A stretch of DNA of 63,767 nt, counting the filler, from Squatina squatina (taxonomy: Eukaryota): assembly GCA_031763465.1 (NCBI GenBank). It is 4 parts of 4 records of this genome, joined end to end, with 100 filler letters (N's around TTAATTAATTAA, not from the genome) between each part and the next. Parts side by side here need not be neighbours in the genome. Positions count along the whole stretch, not along the records: positions 38,401 to 52,031 come from JARFOE010000230.1; 3 more parts are not named here. One strand, written 5' to 3'. Positions 39,401 to 50,366 of the stretch are shown one piece after another. The position numbers and the translations under genes were made by a program. The notes below the pieces were generated by a model. That model was given only the letters and a program-made list of their open reading frames with translations, did no database searches and was not told where the DNA came from. The stretch's first letter is position 1. Each line of letters opens with the position of its first letter.

Positions 39401-41239
39401 CTTAGTGTACGCCTTTTTTTTAGTTTCAGTTTTATCCTTATCTGTTTATGCAGCCTGTGGTCATAATTTAACCTCTCTGTGTATCCGTCCTCTTCTAAGC
39501 ATGAACCCATTCCCTGGTTTTCAAGTTTATGGCAATCATGAACACATCAGGATACAATTTATGTATTCTCTTACATACCTTGAAAACTTGAATAATATGA
39601 TCCCTGAGCTTTCTCTTCTCATTGGTCCATTTTCCCAACTCCTCCAGATTCTTTTCTACCATGTTTACCTGTTTCCTTCTCCTCAATCCCTCCCTCCACT
39701 TTGGTGTGGTCTGCAAAATTAGCTTGGTTTGTAGCAGCAATGGCTCCAGCATTGATCCCCCTAGTGACGCTATGTCATGTCAACACAGCTCCATTCATGA
39801 GCACCAGTGCTTTCTCTAGTTAAACCAGTTTTCAAGCCACCACTGAGGCTAATATCCTGCCCTATGCCTTCCTGTCTTGTGGATGAAATGTTTGTGTGGC
39901 ACAGTAACAAAAGTCTCACTCAAATTAAAGTCATCACATCGCATATTGGTAGATTGCTATAAACAGTACAGAAATGAAAGAGTGCGTAGAAGTAAAGCAT
40001 TTAGGTAATTGCCATCTGTTCGTTTTCAGGCTCTTGTTTAAATGTGTGGCCTCATTACTGATTGTAAAATGTTAATAATGTAAAAAAAAAGCCATTTCTC
40101 AAGCAGGGAGGTGGCTGCTCAGACAACACGTGGAATGGTCCATCAGCGAGTGCCTCTCACCTTGATAGTGTGGATCAGCACCCGTTCTGGTCCTGGATGT
40201 GAATTCAGTCCTCATCAATAGTTTCAAATGCAATACCAGCCAAACCTTGACAGTGTTTCAATAAATCCAATCGGGAATTCAGGAGAAACCTGTTTAGCCA
40301 GAGAGTGATTAGAATGTGGAACTCGCGAACAAAAGGAGTAGTTGAGGCACATAGCACAGATGCATTTCAGAGGAAACTGGATAACCACATGAGGGAGAGA
40401 TGAATAGAAGGTTCTGCTGACAGGCTTAGATGAAGAGGGTCGGGAGGAATACTTAAGTTCCACTGACTGCTGTGTGTTGAATGGACAGAGCTGGACACTT
40501 GTATTATGTTAATCTGGTTAATCATGTATTTTCTGACGTGTTTTCAAAAATTAGTAAAATGACATAAATTTCATGTACTTTTCAGACACAGCAACACAAA
40601 GGAGCAATGAAGAAATCTCTTACCTTAGAGATGGACCTATTGAAGCCACATACATTACTAGAATTGATTCAAGCTAAACACTGGCCATTGCCTGCAAAGT
40701 GGTCCTTGCACTGTTAGTCTCCCTGTGAACAGAGGCTTTTGGAGCAACTGAGTGTAAAAATGGAAGGAATTGATTGAATCTCACTGGGTTGCAGAATCAG
40801 GATCATTGGTTATGGGATTTTTCATTCAGCTCTACTGTGCCAGAGAATGCAGTGGAATTGTGCTGGATTTTATGCTGCCAGTACACTCTGACAAAACTGA
40901 TGAAAATATAATCACCTCACCTGGCATCCATCTATCCATCCATCCATATATACATGCTATATAGTGGAAGATGCTGGGTGCTGATTAGAGCCCTGGCAAT
41001 TTATTCTACTGCTGGACGATGGTGCCAATTGCATCACTTTGTTTCCCCAGCAGCGATCAGCACATTGATGTTTATTTGTAAGATGTGGCTCTTGTTTAGC
41101 TTTGCTACGTTGCATATCTGTGTATTGAGGATGGGAATCCCATTCAGCTCTGTTGGGATACTGAACTTCACGGACACATACATCCAGACTGTCAATCTTG
41201 TTTTGTACCACTGAACTAAAGTTGAAACAAACAAATATT

Positions 41240-41500
41240 GGAGTAGATATTCAACTCACTGCCCAGGCACAAAATTGGCATTGTAGATCGGTGATTTCAA
41301 TGCAAATCAGGCAGATTCTGTGATGGTCACAATTAATGTCCCCCCTAATTTTTTTTTCTGGTGCGTGGCCCAGTTATGGAGCTGCTCAGCATATTGCAAA
41401 CCTTAACATTGAAAAATCCGGTCCCGGGCTGTGCGAATGCGAGGGAATATTGGTCACAAAGCAATTTTTTCGCAGGGACGACAAATTGAAAATCTACCCC
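41240..41500. mobile_element. Short MITE, about 260 bp
   Basis: Imperfect terminal inverted repeats GGAGTAGATATTCAA ... TTGAAAATCTACCCC. Confidence 0.6.
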
Positions 41501-41587
41501 GTGATGTCGACCACTGTGAAGAGCATCATTGCATATTACAGATTGACAATAGATTTTTATGAATGAATTCATGTCTTTATTTGTGGG

Positions 41588-42348
41588 TGTGGTCAGCCGG
41601 GTTCAGCTGCTGGTTGTTGTCCATTAGTTCCAGATGGAGGGGTTTGTTGACCCCCTTCTTGTTTTCTAGGGTTTCAACTGACGTATCGGAAAAACAGACT
41701 TCTAAACCAGAGTTTCTCACACCCTATTCTTTATTAGTTGTCAGGCTACTTAAACACACACGTGTTTTAGTTAACTCTTTAACAGGTCAATACATTTAAC
41801 CCACTATTCTACTTTACACTCGTTACAACAGGTCACAAGACTCACACTTGGACTTAGATACTACCCGTGCTGGATGAACTGGCCAGTTTCACTCCGATGG
41901 GCTGTAGTCTTCTCTGAGTACTGAACTCAGGGTCTTTCCGTTGCGATGGTTCTTCCTGGGTTGTCGCTCCTGAGGCTTCGAACCTCCCACCTTTATACGG
42001 TTTCTTCCAGTCTTCCAGAATGTTCGATGATGCGTAAGACCCTCCTGCCTTGAGATCATCCGTCCAAGGGTCGTGTAAACAGGACACATTTGCCCCATTG
42101 TTCCTTGTCTTTAATCACCTTTGTAACCATTGTTCCTTATCTTTAGTAACCTTTGTAACCACAAAGGTCGAGCGACCCTCAACTCAAGGCGTCTGCCTAA
42201 TCAGCAGTCTGGTCTTCTTTCCACAGTAAACTAATTTTCCAAACCGCAGTCTCAGCTCTTTCTTCTTTCATAGCTGGTTGTTTATGTGGGGTTGGCCACT
42301 TTTCCCATCATGCTCTGCAGAGGTTCCATAGCCAGCCATCTGGCTACA
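41588..42348 (-). repeat. 3' LTR of the ERV, 761 bp
   Basis: Begins TGTAGCCAG directly after the PPT and ends CTGACCACA (7/9 inverted termini, TG...CA). Contains TATAAA 41997-41992, AATAAA 41735-41730 and a 32-bp tandem duplication in U3 (42095-42158). Confidence 0.8.
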
Positions 42349-42359
42349 TTCCCCCCTTT
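42349..42359 (-). other. Polypurine tract
   Basis: AAAGGGGGGAA lies immediately before the TG start of the LTR. Confidence 0.85.
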
Positions 42360-42545
42360 GATCCATTGAGCATTAGCGAGTTGGATCACAAGGAAATCTT
42401 GACCATAGTTCAACCAACACAAGCAGACATCCCGGCCCAAGTCGCGTTGACAGTAACATAAGTTATACAATTAATTCCAAAAAAAACCTTCTAATTAACT
42501 ACTCTTCAATTGAGGTTTGTATTTAGCACCTCCTTTTCGGCCATT

Positions 42546-44636
42546 TCACACATATACATTCGGGATTACATATTCACTCTTGTTATTAGCTTTATCCGAC
42601 ACTCGGTCCTGCTTCTGCAGGTACAATTCTATTCCCATTTTCTCTTCCATTTTGTCTTTCCAATGTTTAAACATAATCAACGTATACATTTGATACATTA
42701 TTATGAAGGTCATTACAATAATAACAATATGAGAAATAATCCTTATCCAAGGGTGAATCTGCACATTTGTATCCCAATTCCAAATGTCATCCCACCAACT
42801 AGACTCTTCAATAGTTTCTATCTCTTGTCCAGTTTTCTCAGCTTGTTGGATAACCTTTACAAACGCTCAATGAGCTTTAGCTAACTGTTTCTTAATCCCG
42901 TGTAAGTCCTCAGGCAAAAGCCTGATGTTGGTTTCATATTTCTCAAAGTATCGTCCCAGATCCCCTTTAACCTCCTTGGTGACATCAATGATGGTGTCTT
43001 CTCTCCTATGGATATCAACTAATTCAATTTTGCCTATCCTGGCTAGTATCTGGGGCTTAACGCAGAAGGTGGTATTGTTGACAGGGCATGTTAGAACACC
43101 ATATTGGTATTCTTGTAACGAAGTGGTGATACAATAATCCCCTTTTCCTTTATAAGTAACCCTTGTAATATCAGTGTCGAGGGTTCTAGCCTCCAAGGTA
43201 CAATTCAGATCTCGGTCCACTTTGAATCCACGTAGGGCTTGATCATTGGGGTAAATAGGGTAAGGGCAGACAATGAGCTTGTTGGCACTTGGTCAAAGCG
43301 GTGCCCACCAATTTCCCTTTTTCTACCGCATAAGATAAAATTCCCTCATGGCCCATCCAAGCTCCTGCTTTGATAACTCCTATGTTATCCACCTGAGAGA
43401 CATTTAGCCCTGTCTCATCCTTGGGAATTATTGGTAGCCCCAATATCATTACCAGGGCTTTACTTGTGGCTCCTCCACAATCCTTCCTGAACCATACCTT
43501 GGTTAGCTGTCTAAGTTGACAATGATATATGGCTGGATGCATCTCTGCTAATTAGGGTTTTTAACTGTTCATCACTGATCCAGGATGGGACCCTCCCTTG
43601 GTTAGCTTGCTCAAGGTTTTCTCTTAACTGCTCTAGCATCCAACTACCATAGATACCACACAAGGTTCTGTTTTGTTGTTTTTCATCATCCTTTGAATTC
43701 CCCTTTATGATTTGATTAATGGTTTTAGCATGTCCTTCTAGTACTTTAACTATCTGTTCTCCAGCCTGATTCCCATATAACCCTCCTTCCGCACTCTGTT
43801 TGTCATTATTGTTTAGCTCCTGAAGGACTCGCTTAACTGTGTGGGTTAAGGTTCTGAGTTTGGTATCCAAATTCTCGAGATCGAGGGTGTTGACAGTGGA
43901 CATCCCAGCCCCGTAGGCTGTGGCCACATCGTTGATTATACCTCTTTTCCTTCAGATTTGAACTTTAGGTTCCGACTGCTTATCACGCCGTCTCTTGTTC
44001 CAGCAATATTTGGGTTAGCCGGGTGTACAGGTCCCTAATGTGGCAGGGATGCCATTCTGGTATCTGGGTTCCGGTCAGGATAAGCTCATGATGTACGTTA
44101 TCGAACAGGACCTTGCCCGTCTCCTTCAGTACCAACCCATTTGACGGTCCTTCTGTCACCGCAGGGCATGGTTGGTATGGGGAGGTTGGGGGAGGGGTGT
44201 CAGATATGGGAGTCTTGGAAGATAGCGGGGTTGAGGTTACAGGGGGAAAACAAATTACCGCCATGGGATTTCCCCCTGTTACACCTGTCATACTATTACA
44301 CGTCTGTCGACTATCCTCTCCTCGCTTCCCCTGTACTTCCCCCTTCACACGGTTAGTGACCCCTTTGTTAATGACCCCCTTAGGACATGCGACTATGTGG
44401 CAATTGGCATCCTCACCAAACTCCGAGCTCACCCTTAGATTTTTAACGCACTGGGTCTTCCCTTTTCTCCTTCCTCCTACACATCTTACACACACAGTAT
44501 TCACTCCGGGCCGTGCCTCAACAGTTCCGTTATTGTTGCATGTTCCATCATTCACATTATACCAGAATCCTGTATCTTCTGTGGAAACAACCATTCCAAT
44601 GCTTATAACAACGATAAATGAAAACAGGCTCTTCAT
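42546..44636 (-). pseudogene. env: ERV env (class I fusion glycoprotein, F-protein-like), disrupted
   Basis: Signal peptide MKSLFSFIVVISIGMVVST (ATG 44636); furin-type site (*)RKR|GIINDVATAYGAGMS (43954-43940); heptad region; Cys-rich region; WWDDIWNW membrane-proximal stretch; TM helix IISHIVIIVMTFIIMYQMYTLIMF; cytoplasmic tail. In-frame TGA at 43952 and 42867, with frameshifts near 43990, 43530 and 43275. Confidence 0.85.
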
Positions 44637-44698
44637 GTTGCAAGTTCCTTTTGAGCGTGGCTCACAACTGTAAAACACAAGGTAATTTCTGTTCTTAT

Positions 44699-45022
44699 TT
44701 ACAGTCTTATTCGTCCGAGCCAATCTACCAGTTCAGTTACCTCATCAGTTTGATCAATTTGGTCAAAACGCACCAGGCGTCTCCCATTCCCCACTTTTCT
44801 TTTCCATCTGGGCGTATTGTAGCGCGACTGCCGCCGTGCCTTTGCTATCCGGCGTTTTGGCGTACCGGTTCCCCGTCCGGGAGGAATGGGAGTCCCTGTC
44901 AAGGGTCGGCCTGAGGGTGGCGGAAGAGCAGGAATAGCGGACGCTTCCCCACTGAGGCCGGCGGGACCGGGAGTGGGGCTTGAGTTCCTTCGCACGCATC
45001 TATGAGTATGTGATGCCGATGG
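44699..45022 (-). CDS. Candidate accessory ORF between pol and env (Arg-rich motif plus C-terminal NES-like motif)
   Basis: Open from 45022 with no ATG (GTG at 44995). It has a Pro-rich part, then KRRIAKARRQSRYNTPRWKRK, and ends with VTELVDWLGRIRL. A possible splice acceptor CATACTCATAG| lies at 45000. Confidence 0.45.
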   Translation of the reverse strand, partial: PSASHTHRCVRRNSSPTPGPAGLSGEASAIPALPPPSGRPLTGTPIPPGRGTGTPKRRIAKARRQSRYNTPRWKRKVGNGRRLVRFDQIDQTDEVTELVDWLGRIRL

Positions 45023-46851
45023 TTACTCTGAGAGCCGAATAACTTTAACTGATTCACATGGTACCACCCTGTCTTGCCGGAGTCCAGCAGAACCTTGTAG
45101 ACTGAAGGACTTGCTTTGTCCACTATAGAGTGGGGACCGTAATATTTAGGAGATAGGAATGTGCCTGGTTGGTAGGCCTGGAGCATGACTTTCTGCCCTA
45201 TTTCATATTCGACCGGCTTGACTTTGCCGTCGAAATATGCTTTACTGCATTTCTTCCTCTGTCCCATTTTGACCGCGGCGGCTGTTTGTGCCGCCTGGAC
45301 ATTGTCCAACAACTGTTGCACCGCTTTCTCATGACTGATGGCCCTTAATTCAGGTTATGAGAGGTCGAGCCCCAGAAGGGCTTCAATTCCTCTCATGGGC
45401 CGTCCTGCCATCAGGACATGAGAGGTGAAACCTGTCGCACTTGATACAGTTTTGCGTACTGGCATCAGGACAAAGGGTAGGACCCCATTCCATGTGGAAT
45501 TGTTCTGTTGGGCGGCCTTCTGAATCATGGTTTTCAGGGTCCTATTCATCCTTTCTACGATACCACTCGATTGCGGCTGGTAGGTTATGTGGAATTTCTG
45601 AATTATTCCCAATAGGGTTATCACATTTTGCATGACCTGGTCGGTACATTGGGTGCCCTGGTCGGACTCGATGCTGCATGGGAGTCCACATCTGGTAAAC
45701 ACCTGTCGCACTAGTATATTGGCGGTTACTTTAGCCGTATTCGTTCTAGTGGGGAATGCTTCCACCCATTTGCTGAAGGTATCAATGATCAGGATGTATT
45801 TATATCCCCTCTTACATGGTGGCAAAGGGCCTACATAATCTATTTGCAGGTTTGTCCAGGGTCCCTCTACTGGTCTGGTGTGCCTAAGTTCTCCCTTGTT
45901 GGCATAATGATCGGGGTTATTCTGGGCACACACTAAACAATTGTCCACATAGTGCTTCACATCCTTATCTACGTTAGGCCACCAACACAAGCTTTTAATT
46001 CGCTCGGTGGTTGTTTCTATCCCCTGGTGCCCCTGGACATCATGGCATTGGTAAATTACCTGATTTCGGTCATGGACAGGTACCACATACCGTCCGTCTT
46101 TAAGGATGAGTCCATCCTTAACCTGTATCTTAGCCTTCCACTTGTTATATGATGCAGGGAATATGCCCTCTCGGATTTGTTTTAGGTCATCATCTGTACT
46201 TTGAGCTTGTATAAGGTCCTTAACCTTAGCCTGATTGACAGTGACTGAGTTAACTTGCTCAGCTTTTGGGGGTTGCCATGGTTCTCCTTCTCGGGCCCCC
46301 TGCTTCGCCAATTCATCTGCCCTTATTTTCCCAGCAGGGGAAGATCTGTGATGTGCCTTTACTTTGATTATCCCATATTCATGCCCTCGGGCTGTTCGGA
46401 TAATGTGTTTTAAAAGAGGTGCAGATGGTAAGGGTTTGTCGTCCGCTGATACAAAACCTCTTGCTTCCCACAGGGGCAAGAAATCAGTTAAACTGTTACA
46501 AACATATGTGCTGTCCGAACATATATCCACTGGTGGGGGAAATTTGTCAAGGTGGCTAACCACATACGCTACCACTGCCAGCTTGGCAGTCTGAGCGCTC
46601 ATTGTAGATGGCAGTTTTAGAGCTATTTCTGCTAGCGGTGTACCCTGATTGTCTTCTGCGTAAATGCCACATCCTGTCTTCCTGACTCCGTCCTCCACCA
46701 TGGAGGATCCATCATCAAAAATTTTAAGTGTCTGATTAGTGACATTAGTGGTATTGTTCAGGCTATTAGTGGTATTGTTCGGGCTATTGTCTCGTATCTC
46801 AGACTTCCCCCCCCCACTTTTGTTTTGGCACAAATGGTCCCTTGGGATCAT
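44899..46851 (-). pseudogene. pol: ERV pol, RNase H and integrase part
   Basis: RNase H motifs DGSS, SAQTAKL (catalytic E changed to K), CSDS, KVKAH, ADELA. Integrase HHCC (HDVQGHQG...CLVC), QIDYVGPLP, ESDQG and IVERMN with D-35-E spacing. An in-frame TAA at 45355 precedes the GPY/F-like C-terminus LSPKYYGPHSIV. Confidence 0.93.
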
Positions 46852-47958
46852 TTGCTGTCAATATTTGACACTCATGCGGCTCTCCGCTGTAACTGAGATT
46901 GTCAGCCAGGAAGGTGGGCGTTCTGGTTCGTTTGACTGCGATATCTCGACCTTGCAGCATCAAGGTCCATCGGGCTATATGATTTTGGCTGACGGTACCC
47001 TCCTTGATTTGTCCGTCCAGCAATAGCTGGAGGGGCGTATGTTCCGTAAGGACCGTCAAGGGATTAAGACCAATTATGTATGCGAAATGTTGTACTGCCC
47101 AGAAAACCGCCAGAAGGTGTCGTTCACATACCGAAAATCCCTGCTCCACAGGGGTTAAGAGTCGCGAGGCGTATGCGACTGGTCCGAGTCTCCCATGGCG
47201 CTCCTGCAAGAGGGCCGCCGACACGGTAGACTCCGTCGCAGCAACCTCTCGTGCAAAGGGAAGTTCTGGGTCCAACATCTGTAAGGCCGGCGCCTTGGCT
47301 AGGGCTTGTTTTAGTTCCAGAATAGCCTGAGTATGTTGTTCAGTCCACTGCCATGGGGCATCTTTCTTTAGGAGGTCTGACAACAGGGAGGCTTTAGTGG
47401 CAAAACCATCAATATGGTTCCTGCAGTATCCCATCAGTCCTAGAAAGGATCTAAGGGATTTTAAATCCCTTGGTAGGGGCAATTGTGATATTGCTTCAAT
47501 CCGTTTAGTCTCAATTTCTCGCTTACCATAGGTTACTCTAGTTCCAAGATATGTAACTTTGGACTTCATGACCTGGGGTTGACTTTAAGTCCCAGGGAGG
47601 TGAGGAGGGCCAATAATTCACCAAGGAGGTGGAGATGTTCCCCCTTAGTGTCTGTTTGGAGGAGGAGATCATCAACGTATTGAATTAAACATTCGGGTCG
47701 AGAAAAACTAGCGAGCCCTTGTGCTAACCTCTGGTGGAAGATTGAGGGAGAATTATGAAACCCTTGAGGTAAGCAGGTCCAAGTATATTGTTGGCTTTGG
47801 AATGTAAAAGCAAACTTGTACTGGCACTCGCGCTTCAAAGGAATGGACCAAAACCCATTGCTAATATCCAAAACAGTAAAGTACCGGGCTTGTGGAACCT
47901 GCTTCAACATGGTCACAGAACTGGTTGCGACAGTAGGTGCGCTCAGCGGGGTGTTTCG
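46799..47958 (-). pseudogene. pol: ERV pol, reverse transcriptase plus thumb and tether (degenerate RNase H)
   Basis: LDISNGFWS, LPQGFHNSP, QYVDDLL, YLG, LRSFLGLMGYCR, PVAYASRLL...CERHLLAV. Frameshift near 47566. Confidence 0.95.
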
Positions 47959-48073
47959 TGTTCATGGTTCTATGTCTTCACAGAAACAGTGAGGGGCTTC
48001 CAGCACATAAGAAGTCTTTATTAACTCGGAAACAGACTATAACTATAATACAAACATGGATGCTCACAGCCGA
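47959..48073 (-). repeat. Possible 3' end of a different LTR inserted into the RT gene
   Basis: RT homology stops abruptly at 47958. The adjacent minus-strand sequence has AATAAA (48022-48017) and ends ...CATGAACA, then runs into a gap. Confidence 0.35.
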
Positions 48074-48403
48074 NNNNNNNNNNNNNNNNNNNNNNNNNNN
48101 NNNNNNNNNNNNNNNNNNNNNNNNNNNNNNNNNNNNNNNNNNNNNNNNNNNNNNNNNNNNNNNNNNNNNNNNNTGCTTCTGCACCACCACTTTGCGCCTG
48201 CAATAAAGTGGGGCTGGAATTGTTTTGTTCCCTGTGTTCTGTTTTAATGGGGAAGCAACTGAAGATTTGTCAATATGGAATGAGCATTAGTTTCCTATGG
48301 ATAAGCTTGTGCATAAGTTTCTGGTTGTTTCTAGTTTTGAATATTTTTGTTGGTAGTATGTATCTTCAAGCTTGTCATTTGCAATTTCTTGCTTTTTGCA
48401 TAG

Positions 48404-48532
48404 GTGGTATACTTCACTACCTGAAGAAGAAAAAGCCCAAAGATGCTTTCTGTATTGTTGGAATTACAATGATCGACCTTTATCCAGAAGATTCCTGGAA
48501 TTTTGTGTTTGGACAGGCGTCCCTCACAGAAG
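48404..48532 (+). CDS. AMZ2: Archaemetzincin-2, internal exon
   Basis: tttttgcatag|...|gtaaag. Peptide GILHYLKKKKPKDAFCIVGITMIDLYPEDSWNFVFGQASLTEG matches AMZ2. Confidence 0.93.
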
Positions 48533-49567
48533 GTAAAGAAAGGCAGGAAGTACATTCTCCTTCCCTGCTCTTTTAGTTTCTGTTCACATTTAAATTTTTT
48601 AGTGACCCTCTTATCTTGTAAAGGAGGTTCATTTATATGATCATCAGCTTTTAGTCCTTAACAACCCATCCAAACCTCAAACAACCTTAACAGTACATAA
48701 ATATATTTCAGTTTCTTATCCTGGCCCTTCTTAAGGGCCCTCTGAGTAACTCATGACAGAGCCAGAACAAAGTAACTGTGGAAAAAGGTGCTGGTAGAAA
48801 CAGCTGATTTGCCAGTGAGGAATTAAACAATCAGTTTCATGTTGCATGTTCTTTTAGTAGTAGATGTGGCTGACACCTGCCTAGTGCTCCGTGTCTCCAA
48901 TTGAGAGTTGCCTCAGAAATGTGTAATACTATGGAGGGAAGAAGTGCTTTGCTGGAAATCGGAGACTGATACCAGCTGACTGTGCCCTTGTAGAGGGCTG
49001 GCAGTGCTGTCTGTTTTATTTCCATGAATAAAGTTGCCAAATCAATAGTTTATGCCGGCACATTTTCCACAGGTGATTGTTATTAAAATTGCTTGCCTCA
49101 GTTATTTGTGGCTCTGTGCTGCTTGGGTGGGTAAGTTAAGAGGTGGACCATTTATATATAAAAAAAAAATTGAATAAAATAGGAAGTGAGCCAAATTCCA
49201 ACCAGCAGTTGAATACAGTTCTAATGAACTTCAGCATCCAGTTTCTGTTCACTACAGCTGGGAACTGTGATATTTTTGCTACTATGTGGGAAGTGAGTAA
49301 ATTTCATTTGAGCTCCTGAATGACTTGTGAACATTTTTCAATATTTATCCTCCTAAATTAGGAGCATTTCTTGCTTTGGAAATAAAGTGCAATTTATTGA
49401 ATGCTACAATGGAATTTTTTTGCCATAACAGATTTTTAGTAGACTAGTTAGCTAATTGTAGATGTGATTTTCTTTTAAAGCATTTGATTTACTTGACAGG
49501 TTAGTCAAAGAAATGCTGAAGTATGATGGTTGGTTTAAACTATTCCTCTTTTGTGCATCTTTTACAG

Positions 49568-49728
49568 GAATGGGCATTTTTAGCTTTGCTAGATATGATG
49601 ATTTTTACACCATGAATTATAAAGGAAAGCTGAAGAAAAAGCAACATTTGGCTCCTGATGATTATTCGGTCTTTGATGGATACTACACACCACCCGTTAC
49701 AAGCAAGCTGCTGCTAAGATCGTGCAAG
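49568..49728 (+). CDS. AMZ2: Archaemetzincin-2, next exon (precedes the HEXXH exon)
   Basis: tttttacag|...|gtgggt. Peptide GMGIFSFARYDDFYTMNYKGKLKK...DYSVFDGYYTPPVTSKLLLRSCK, phase-compatible with the previous exon. Confidence 0.93.
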
Positions 49729-50103
49729 GTGGGTGTGTATGCAGAACTGAAGATGCTGCATTTGGAGACAGTTGCTTTAAATANNNNNNNNNNNNNNNNN
49801 NNNNNNNNNNNNNNNNNNNNNNNNNNNNNNNNNNNNNNNNNNNNNNNNNNNNNNNNNNNNNNNNNNNNNNNNNNNNNNNNNNNGAACTTGCTTGAATTCC
49901 TTCCATATATTTCATTGTGTTCTTGCTTGTATTTTTGTAAACATGAAAAACTTGTTTCTTGCAGTATTCCTTTACAAAATAAGTAGCTAATTTTGTTGAT
50001 GGTTTGAGAATACAGAGAGTTTGAGATTAAATAAGGCCAAGTTGAGGAAGTTGGTAGGATAGATAAGGGAACATGCATTCCATTGTGGTATGTAACTGTT
50101 TCT

Positions 50104-50366
50104 TCATGCGGTGCTTTGAAATTGATCCTGTAAACTTTCTGGTTTCTTCAAGTCTGTATCTAGAAAGTCTTCAGGCACATCCTGGGAAATGTTGAGATCT
50201 TGCTGTAATCCCTGTTGCTCATCAGTCTCCAGAGGGTGGATCCTCTTACAGAAGGCCTTTTTAGATGGCCGAACTAATGCCAGAAAAATTGCACCCAAGC
50301 TTGTACCAACACCACAAAAGAAGAAGGCAGATCCATAATTCTGACCTGCAATATCCACAAGCCAAC
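50104..50366 (-). CDS. SLC16A6: Monocarboxylate transporter 7, terminal coding exon
   Basis: Acceptor TTCTTTTTCTTTTCAG|. Peptide GWLVD...AFFFCGVGTSLGAIFLALVRPSK...QDVPEDFLDTDL resembles the SLC16A6 C-terminus. It is convergent with AMZ2, the known vertebrate neighbour. Confidence 0.85.

Larger units (their letters stand above)
41588..47958 (-). mobile_element. Defective endogenous retrovirus, 5'-truncated (pol-ORFx-env-PPT-3'LTR), lokiretrovirus/spuma-related
   Basis: RT, tether, RNase H, integrase, env, PPT and LTR are colinear on the minus strand, with multiple frameshifts and stops. No gag, protease, PBS or 5' LTR is visible. Confidence 0.92.

Noticed and set aside
40586-40680. Possible short terminal exon (DTATQRSNEEISYLRDGPIEATYITRIDSS*)
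   Set aside because: Only an acceptor-like site supports it, and it does not match the expected upstream AMZ2 exons.
44113-47330. Plus-strand (antisense) ORFs within the ERV
   Set aside because: These are shadow frames of pol/env with no recognisable motifs.
41588-47958. Ty3/gypsy retrotransposon interpretation
   Set aside because: The LPQG RT motif, the tether plus second RNase H, and a full env favour a retrovirus-lineage element.
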